NCBI RefSeq assembly: GCF_000150275.1
Contig: NW_002060950.1
Span: 2,406,106 to 2,470,105 of the forward strand
Direction: 5' to 3'
DNA length: 64,000 nucleotides
Source of the DNA: Trichoplax adhaerens
Lineage: Eukaryota; Animalia; Placozoa
This document shows positions 54,601 through 64,000 of the stretch, one piece after another. The position numbers were made by a program, and so were the translations under genes. Position 1 is the first letter of the stretch. Each line of letters begins with the position of its first letter. The notes under the pieces are model-generated. The model was not told the DNA's origin and did not search any database. It was given only the letters and a program-made list of their open reading frames with translations.

Positions 54601-56246
54601 ACAATCAGTACATTTGACGCTCATAGTATTCTATTAACTAATTAATGCATTTAGATCGGTTAAGTTAGGTTAGCTATCTACGATTTATAGAGCTCAACAA
54701 AAATTAAGATCAACTAACAATGATAAATCATAACCCGCATAAAGGAATCGGGAACATAATTATGTAATACTCATTTGCACGATAATTTTTAAAAAGCAAA
54801 ATTAGTCATGGTCACATTCGTACTACAATACTAGATCTGTCTACTCTATTACTACCATACATCAATTGCTTCATACAAACAATAATTAATTATTTTAAAC
54901 TAAAATTTATAAAGGAAAATTCTAAAACCATCTAAATTACAAACTTATAAACTTTCATTGATAGAAATTAATCAGAATATCTTTAAAGAACTGTTCCAAA
55001 GTAACGGCAAAGGCAATCAAGTGCTTGGCTGAAGCTTTCAATGCATTACAGTATCTCGATCTTAGCAATTGCTACATGGCTTGTAAAGATGATGTGTTAA
55101 GCTGCATTGGAAATAACTGTGCACAATTACGGCAATTAATTTTAGATGGTTGTAGCATGATCACCGATACTGGAATAAAAAATTTTTGCCAGTGTTTTGC
55201 CAAAGCTAATCGAGATCGCAAATTATTAAGGAAATTGAGCCTAGTTAATACACAGGTACGATTCGATAACTACTCGTATTAATTAATTATTAAGATCTTT
55301 TAATATCTAAGTTAACCCGTTCTAAGTGCTAGTATTGTCCTTATATCAGATTACGGATGCAGGTTTAAGGGAAGTATTACAGACCTTTCGGCTGCTTTCC
55401 ACACTTTCCGTCAGTGGATGTAGAGACATAGTAGATCCATTTTGTTCTTTCATTCCTCAAAAAAAACTATTTAGTCTTTCTATTCTTGACCTATCAAATA
55501 CGGGCATTAATGATATATCTGTTGACCATATAACGACTCTATGTCCTGGCTTACATGATATTAACATTAGTAATTGTGATAACGTAACAGACGTTACTAT
55601 TACTACTATTAATAGTATTAGTGGAGTAAGAAGTTTTTCTATTGCCGGTTGTCATTTAATTACGTTTACTATTGGAATTATCCCTTTACTATATAATCAT
55701 GGATATCAACTGGAAACGCTCAATCTTTCCGGTATGGATAATATCGACTTAGCCGCTATCTGGCATCTTTGTCCTCGATTAAAAGTATTAATAATGGAAA
55801 GCTGCAAAGATATTTGTAAAACACCTACATATGGAATAGATACCAATCAGAGTCGCCATCTTCATTTACAGAAACTAAATCTGAAAGACAGTACATTTTA
55901 TCAAGGGGAAGCAGACGTTGACGAAAGTCGTTCAGATTGTTTAAAATTTATAAAGAAATTTTGTGGTAATACATTGAAGTATTTATATTGGAGTAGGATG
56001 GAAGGAATTACTGATTCATTAATTTGTGATTTTCTAAATGAAGATTGCTTCAATTCTTTAACTTATTTGGAATTACGTTACTGTCATTATATCACAAGTG
56101 ATAGCCTAGAACAAATTTTACAGTGTTGTCCATCTTTGCAACAGTTAGATATTCGCTTCTGTCAGCAAATATCCACCGCCAATAATGAAGAGCTGAAATC
56201 ATACGCAGATGAGATAAATCATAATGTTACAATCCTTTGGGAATAA
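51683..56246 (+). CDS. Cysteine-containing LRR protein (AMN1/FBXL-like repeats) with N-terminal BC-box-like motif, 4 exons, 501 aa
   Basis: Exons 51683-51833, 53514-53680, 54965-55255, 55350-56246 splice in frame (1506 nt). Repeated LxxLxLxxCxxITD units. N-terminal SLKEICLKVI. No clear F-box. Confidence 0.8.
51865..52630. repeat. Intronic tandem array, 8 x ~94 bp
   Basis: The Rtcctattcttaaggg anchor occurs at 51871, 51973, 52066, 52160, 52254, 52354, 52447 and 52541. The whole unit is conserved, with no unique spacers. Confidence 0.97.
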
Positions 56247-57063
56247 ACTGTGGCAGCCTTGGAATTGTGATTCTTTTTACGTTATTGATCGAGCTTGTAA
56301 AATTTCCTATGGAGACATTTCTACAACTTATGCTGTATACGAGTATGTACAAAGTCTTATCGGTAATGCTATTTCTTTTTGCTATCCAAGTATAACGTGC
56401 CCTTTACTGTATGAATCGGATATGATGAATGTACTAGATTATGGTCTGTTCGATTGTTTTATTACAACCATCGTGCTTTGCATTGGTATAATTAACATGC
56501 AACCGTCATGGTATGAGGACGTATATGAAGCTACAGCGCTACGGGTGTTTGTATTGTATTAAATATTGGAAGATTTATGATTCTAATCCAAGTTTGAAAT
56601 TCCGCTTTAATTTGTAGAGATTAATTAGTTTCATTGCCAATTAGCAAATTAAACTGAATACAATACTAAATTAAAACGATTCCATTTTTTGTGCAATGTG
56701 CACTGACAAGAAGCAGCATGAAATGTTTGCATAATTGATATCGTTTTATAAAATTTTCTATACGTGTAATGAATGAATAACCTAATTGCAATAAAATGCG
56801 ACATTGAAATTATTATTGACAGTGAAAAATAAATGCACATTAATGAAACTACAAAACGAAGCTTAAAAAGTGATACTGTAACAGACTTATAAAATTTAAT
56901 GTCACAGCTGCCCACGGAATTAAAAGTACAGTTTGATATGAAACAAATTTGACAATGTAGCTGGCGATAAATTTACAGGAAACAGAAAAAGTTATGTCCA
57001 TACTCTTGCCTAAGTATGACAATGTCACAGATATCGATACTAGTTCTATTATTGGAAGTATTC

Positions 57064-60000
57064 TTATTTTATTTTCTTTGTTGCTGTGCCAATATGGCAG
57101 TTGTTTACCTATTAGTAAATATTACCGATCATAAAATTTGTTTAATATTAAAACTTGCAGAAATTCACATACATAAGATTGAAGGTGTAACTCTTTTCCA
57201 GTTCAGCAAAACTAACAACTTTAACAGTAGCTAACGATAATACTAACCGTTGTAGCAAATCTTAAAGAATTTAAACTTTCTTGAAATGATACTTCATATG
57301 GTGAAATATTAACAAACATCAATCTATTGGAGAGAAGTGAACATAATTAATAGATGTTTACAAGATTGCCAGGGCATATCAATGATTAATTTTATTTTAC
57401 TTTACTAACGTTTTGCTATTCCCGCCCAGTGAATTTTGAAGTAAGTAAGTAAGTTTTGAATTCCTGTACGGGATATGTGAGTCCTGAAGGATTAAAATTA
57501 ATTTAAATTAAGGACATGGCGAAGATACCATCGAAATTTTAATGCTCTAACCATTATAATTAACTATGATCAAATCACTAAAGATACTTTATGACAAATA
57601 GCAATATAGACCTTATTAGCTAGAGCTAGAATAACTATCCCCAAATTACTCAAACTCTTGTTGATATTCTTAGCCTCAGTCAATCTTTCGCCGGTCGATT
57701 TGGAAACAAACACTCTCTCTGAGCCAGCGAGATCGATAAGATTTAAAGTTCCTATTGCGAATGTAATGCAATTCGAAATTAACAATATCGCAAGTAACCC
57801 TTGCATTTTCCCTGAATTAAGAAATTCTACCTTCACAGTTTTCATTAGTGATTGTATTTTCGCCAATTAATTTTAACCTAAACACACTGTGACTTCGCGA
57901 AGATCTTTCATTACATTCAGTCGCAGCAACTGCTCGGTTCTGCGTTGCTTTTGCCAACAACTTATGAACCTGAATATAAGATTAGTGAACACGCTATAAG
58001 CTCTACCCATAATTAATCAAAAGTTTTTTTCATACGTTATTGAATGCTACTGCATATTATCAAGTCGACAAAACTAGCCTCGTCTTCGGTTGTAACATTG
58101 ACAATTGTTAAATTCGTAACTTTGACATCTTTTTTATCGGGCGTAAATCTGATTTCGTGCTTGACATTATTGTTACTCCCCAATAAATCGCGAATAGTCT
58201 CGTTGTAAATCTCCAGAAACGAAGCTTCCATATGATACTGTATCAGATAATTATAGCGTTAATATCTACAAGAGTATAATAAAATAGGCTGTCTAATAAA
58301 GGAATTGCAATTCTCGCTATTTATAGTACACATTATATGAAAGATTCTAAATTACTTTCCATCCTTTTTCTTTTAAGTCTTTAGCAGAATTAAATATTTG
58401 AGCCACAGCCCTGGGAATAATACCAACGTTGGTGTAGTTAACATTATCAGAAACTGGAGGGCCTTCCATGGTGTAGGTCTTACCACTTCCAGTTTGACCG
58501 TAAGCAAAGATACATACGTTATAGCCGTCTAGAGCACTTTGAACTAACTGCGAAACTTCATTAAATACGTTTTCTTGGCTAGAATCAGGATGAAACACCT
58601 TGTCAAACTTAAATTCGTACTTATTTGAATTTCCCTTGGTGCTAGGTGTATCCTAAAATCGATAAATTTTAAAAAAATTTTTGAATCAGCAAAGATAACA
58701 CTAAGCGGTATGCAGCTATCCAAAATACGCATGCCATATATTAATGTACTTACTGAAGGCTGACTACTCTGTAATAACTTAATGTTTGCATCTGAACCTT
58801 CCGCAAAAATGATGTGTGAAGGATACATTTTCGCTCCTTCGCTATTTGTTAGTGGTCTCACACGACAAAATACACGAATATTGCCTTTTAATTCCTGAAC
58901 GCAATTATGCAGTTTGCGCCTTTCAGCTTCTCCACTTCGAAGTTCGGCATCCTTTTCTTGTATTGTAGCTAAGTAATTTCTAACGTCTTGTTCTAATTTC
59001 TCTATGACTTGATTTAATCGTTGGCACTCGCCGATTTTAGCTTCTAATTGAATCCGAACACCATTTAAGTCGTTAGTTATGGACATGGCTTCGACATGTG
59101 CTTTTCGAATCTGAACGTCTTTATCCTCTAAAGTGCTCAAGTAATTTAGAATTTCTTCTTCTTTTTTACTTATGGCTTGATTTAATCGTCTACATTCCGC
59201 ACTTTTTGTTTCTAATTGAGAACGAGCAGTGCTCAATTCTGTCATTATTGATGCAGTTTCTGCGGTCATTTTTGTGATCGTTTGCTGAAATGTACTAGCC
59301 TCATTACGAGCAACTGATAGTTGATTGCCAAGGCTTTCACGATCTCGTTGTAAGTTTTCCTTTGATAATTTAAGTAACTCAATCTCATATTCATATTTTT
59401 TCATTGAATTATTTATTTCATCTTGCAACCCTTGAACTTCTTGCTGAAATTTAACTTCTTTGTCTTTCATTTGCTGTTCAATACTAGTGGCAGCGCTTAA
59501 CTACAAAAGTATAAATTCCAACAGTTAGCCAATACGTAAAATATTTAGAAATCCGCATAAGGTATCAGATGATGAAATAACTGGCATGTATTTAGCAAAC
59601 TTAGAATTGAAACTAGCATGATTCTTCAAAATCTAACCATCAACGTAGGAAAGTATAACATTTATTACATATTTAGAGCACCAGTAACATGATATTTTAC
59701 CTAACCTGATCATTCAAAGCTATATTTTCATCTAGAAGCTGTTGAATTTTGTTGTCTTTGTCTTCGATAGCTTTACAACATGTACTGTGCATAGCAGGTA
59801 AAAGACCAAAAGCTTTATCGTAAACTTCCATTCTAGATTTTAAATTCCATTTCGGATACTTGCTGATCTCATCTTGCATAGCATTTAGTTGCAAGCCAAG
59901 TGCTAAATCAATTTAGTACAAGAAATATCAAGTAAGAAACATGGAAACTTAGAAACTGTTTTAATTAATTAAATAAACAGCAAAATGCTTAATCATTACT

Positions 60001-61746
60001 ATTTTTAATTACTCAGGAACTAATAGATTACGTTTAGGCTTAATACAATGCCTGAAGTACAGGAATAATTTACATTCATTTTTTCAATATTTGATTTCGG
60101 CTTAAGTTGTTGAACTACATAGAACTACTTTAAATTTATAATTAGAATTAGAAAGCAATAGCACAAAAGCAACAAAACTGGTAAACAAATTGATCAATTT
60201 TCTAGAAGTCATAATACGAATTAAAACACTGCTGATATTTTACACGTTGACGTTACGCCGGTACGTATTGTAAGTCTTTATATTTACGCGATTTTATAAT
60301 CATACCATTCCAATCAGTCAAATTTGGTTGAAAGTCTTTTATGCTATTCAAATTCTTAACACCGTAGCTATGTTTGCTGTCCGATAAAGTGCTACGAACG
60401 CTCTTTTTGCGTGTGCTTAATTTCGATGATTCTCCAACTCTAGATGTATTGAGCTTCTTGGGAGGCTGAGTTGAATGAGAAAACTTTTGCCTTTGCGCTT
60501 TCTCAGTTACCATTTTACGCACATTTCTAGAATCCTCAAGGTTAGCTTTCTTCTTGATTGAGGCATTTTTTGTATTAAATGCGGTATTAGAAGTTCGCAA
60601 TTTTCCTGCTGACGCCTTGCCACTATCAATTCTGCTGCTGTTTTGATTGGAAATTTTGTGTGGTGACACTTTGCAGATTAGACTTTTAGACTTAATACCT
60701 GGCTTCGGTAACTTAGATTTGACAAAGTTTCGTATCGGCTCAATATTCTCTATTGTGTTATCCAATTTGGATTTCTTCAATATAGGCTCAGCAGAATCCT
60801 AAAATGATTAGGAGCAAGCAATAATAATTAATAGATGATAAACTATATATTTAAGATTCCATCTTATAACCTCAATTTCGTTTAAGTCCTCTTCTAAGGG
60901 TAAAATCTTTGCAGACCGTTTAACCGCTGATGGTGGCCTTAATTTGGTAACACTCGGAGGACCTTGTATACCATCATTTATTACATTGATATCCCTCACA
61001 GCTAATGGAGTCAATGGCTGGTAGAATGCAGGAAAGTACGAGAAATTTAGTATAACGTGTAATTAATTGATACCTCCGTTTCTATATGTACCAAAGCATG
61101 CCTGGTATGTATGTATATATATATATATATGTATATACTATATCATACAGTACAATAAATACAATAGCTAAAGCGTTCAGTTAACATAATGCAACTTTTG
61201 CCCCCTGTTAACTTGCGTACTATATCACAAATCAGTTAGGCAAATAAAACCTTACACCAGTCGTTATGGCATGAAAGTTAGATAAAATTATGCCAAGTAA
61301 AATAGAAAATATATAATTGTAGTAGCAACTACTGTACTGGTATATCGGTATTTTCCCTTGCTTCAAAACTCCACCACTACATCACCAATACAATTTCATC
61401 ATCAAGTCATCTCTGTAAGTTAGTCTACATCCAGTCAAATCTCACTGAATGAATTAAAGTCGAGTTCTACATCTGTATGCTTCGATTAATTACTGAATAC
61501 TACCTTGGAAATTACTGCAAATATTGGCATGCAATTACACTGCTCAAACAGTACGATAACTGCTTGACTATATTACTACATTGAATTTATACATGTTTAT
61601 CATATCCTCATGATAGAACGTAAGAACAACAATCATCATCGGTGTATTCATTTATTGATGATCAAGTACATCCGACTTGCTCTATTAATTCGTATTTAAG
61701 TTTAGTAACTAGAGAATAATCAATACCAATATCTTACCTTTGCCAT
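57064..61746 (-). CDS. KIFC1: Kinesin-14 family C-terminal motor protein (KIFC1/HSET/Ncd/XCTK2-like), ~13 exons, ~855 aa
   Basis: Neck [24 protein letters not shown]-loop [49 protein letters not shown] and end [14 protein letters not shown] (57064-57108). Basic N-terminal tail and coiled-coil stalk. Probable 9-nt first coding exon ATGGCAAAG at 61738-61746. Confidence 0.92.
61106..61138. repeat. (TA)n/(TATG)n microsatellite in kinesin intron 1
   Basis: gtatgtatgtatatatatatatatatgtatatac. Confidence 0.85.
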
Positions 61747-62559
61747 TTTTGAGAATACGATCAATACTGCTTAGCTTAACCAGTTAATACTTGCGCCTAA
61801 AGTGATCAATTTTCAAGACGTAGATTAATTCAATTCAGTATATCGATCTCGATTTTAATAGCAGTCTAAACGGTAAGATATTCATCGTTCCATTTTATTT
61901 ATTGTACAGTACAGTAAGTTCCAGTTCCTGATTGAGTGTGTCTATCGTTGATTTTTTTTTTAATTATCTTTAAACATGATTGGATTGCAATACCCAAGCA
62001 ACAAAAAATGAATGAGATTTCTACGCTACACAGCAGTTGGTAGCTATGCAACAAGTTCAAAGTATCGAAGTATCTGTGCTGCTTTAGTTTTCACAAAACT
62101 ATGTTACTACATCAATGCTATCATCATAATAATAGCAATTAATTGATAATTAGGGTATTCGCGTGCCTCAAAATAAACAAGATGAAGTTCAATAAAAAGT
62201 ACAGGTCCTGTTGCAATCTAGCTACTCGTTTTTTTGCAAGAAGGAGCTCATTTGTCATTAAGCATTGCTTCAACGTGAATGTTGAGATTGCCTACATACC
62301 TTCTTTCCCTTGGGTGAAACGTTACCTTCAGGGTTGATCATCAAGATTGGATTGCTTTCTAATTTTGAAACGATGAATGCGAAATGAATACTGTTGTCAT
62401 CGTATGGAATATATAATAATAATATACGATGGTAGCGAGCTGTTGTAGCTAAGCAAATGTGCAACCGACGTTGCAAATGATGTCATTGCATTCACCTAGG
62501 CGATCGCTATAACTTAATACCGACTACTGCGAATGATCCATACAGTCGATAGCATGCAG

Positions 62560-63860
62560 TATGCAAATCTCTTTCATCAAGAACTATTTGATTTTTAACG
62601 GTAATTTTTTTTGAAAACAGACTATCGTGGACGTCCAGTCGGACGGATGCGTCCGTTGATTAGCATATGGTTGGAGACTGGTAGCTCAAACATGATAATC
62701 AATTCAATTCGTGACTGAGTCGTCCATCCGTCCACGCCATAACAGATTCTGCTCAGTACAAAAGTGGTCTCTTTGGGCCAGCGTACAGTGTACAGTGCAC
62801 TTCACTACAGGATAGTACTGTACAGTGTTACGGTGGCCCAGTACCAATACAGTACAGTACTGTACGTACAATACCTGCAAGTTGCAAAGATTTTGTGGTA
62901 GACCGTAGACGCATAGCGGAGTCACTCACTCATGGAGCAACTCGCTATACTAGAGTATGAAGTGCGCGCAAAGACTTTGTGCTACACACATGATTTGAAA
63001 CATGCGCAAAGGCTTTCAAGTACAAGCACACGATTTCTAGTACGAGCAAAAGACTTTGTGGTACACACACACATGATTTGTACTGTAGTCCGCAGACTCT
63101 TTACAAAGTACAGTACTGTACAGTACAGTATGTACTGTACTGTGCTGTACTGTACATTGTACAGTAGAGATACGGTGGTAAATACCGTACTGTACTGTAC
63201 ACTTAGTGTACAGTACAGCACTCGCAAGGACAATATTGAAAGTGTGACGCCATCGAGAAAACTACGATGCTAAAGCGCGGCTGACGCCACGTGTACGATA
63301 TGGCGCCAGTGAAAATGGTATTAACCTGATGCTGTACCATGGGCTACTACAAAAAGACATTGAGTTTACCTGCTACACTATACTGTACACTGTACGAGTA
63401 GTTTTGTTTGTTTTACTTCTGTTTGTACAGTGTGAACCAGTTCGAATCAGAGTACTTTAATGGCAGCAGTTTTGACGTACTGTACACTGTACTGTACTGT
63501 ACACTACACTGGGTACAGTACATTACTTTACTGTACTGTACTGTACAGTGTACATTGGACATGGCCATTTTTTTGGCATCAATTTGTATAACATTGATCG
63601 CAAATGTATGGCTTTAATATGTACAGATCGCTCTTGACTTGGAGATTCTATATCCGTAATGAGTGGGTAACTTTCGACGATAGAGACTTATGTGTATAGC
63701 AAAGTTGATAACGATTGGTCTTTTTGAGCGTTTTGCTTCTACTTGCTACTATTCAAACATACAGTGTACAGTATAGCACTGTCCAGTATTGAAGAAAACA
63801 GATCACCTTCAGTACGGTGACCGAGAAGGACCACTCATCTACTACCGTACAGAGGGTGTC
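62560..63860. promoter_or_regulatory. KIFC1 upstream region with the densest ACAGT/TACTG arrays in the window
   Basis: Arrays at 62782-62870, 63108-63220 and 63477-63555 (e.g. gtacagtactgtacagtacagtatgtactgtactgtgctgtactgtac); CpG-richer than the background. Confidence 0.55.
62964..63085. repeat. Degenerate ~40-bp tandem repeat, 3 copies
   Basis: gcgcaaagactttgtgctacacacatgatttg / gcgcaaaggctttcaagtacaagcacacgatttc / gagcaaaagactttgtggtacacacacacatgatttg at ~62966, 63004 and 63044. Confidence 0.7.
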
Positions 63861-64000
63861 CAAAAATTATCCCCGCGCACAAATTTAAAATTAGTATTGC
63901 CAAATCGAGCAGTAATTTGCCCAAAAAATGTACCGAAATGTACAGTAATAAATAACCTATCATAATCTGAAAAATTTAAAGCTGTAGGTTTTGTACTTTT

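Noticed and set aside
56224-56562. 112-aa ORF overlapping the end of the LRR gene
   Set aside because: Lies in the presumed 3' UTR in another frame, with no recognisable motif.
62704-63617. Y/C/T/V-rich ORFs here and at 40565, 41164, 42152, 50683 and 51129
   Set aside because: Artefacts of the stop-poor ACAGT/TACTG arrays.

Overview
AT-rich, intron-containing genomic DNA from an animal, not a prokaryote. The short GT-AG introns, gene content and ACAGT/TACTG pentamer clusters suggest a placozoan such as Trichoplax (inference). By hand-splicing I find eight protein-coding genes on strictly alternating strands: FAXC-like (+), LSM1 (-), FBXO41 (+), a very long CCDC186 (-), an NDUFA4/COXFA4-family micro-protein absent from the ORF track (+), ANKRD53 (-), a BC-box/LRR protein (+) and a kinesin-14/KIFC1 (-). 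The first ~11 kb has no intact gene but may hold a decayed DED/death-domain remnant. The main unexplained structure is non-coding. Every divergent 5' region carries dense palindromic TACTGTACAGTA-type clusters, has its own private tandem array nearby (300, ~360/120, 41, 94 and ~40 bp units), and shares short motifs with the others, while convergent 3' regions largely lack them. One assembly gap lies at 40966-41033. No rRNA, tRNA, CRISPR array or intact transposase was found.
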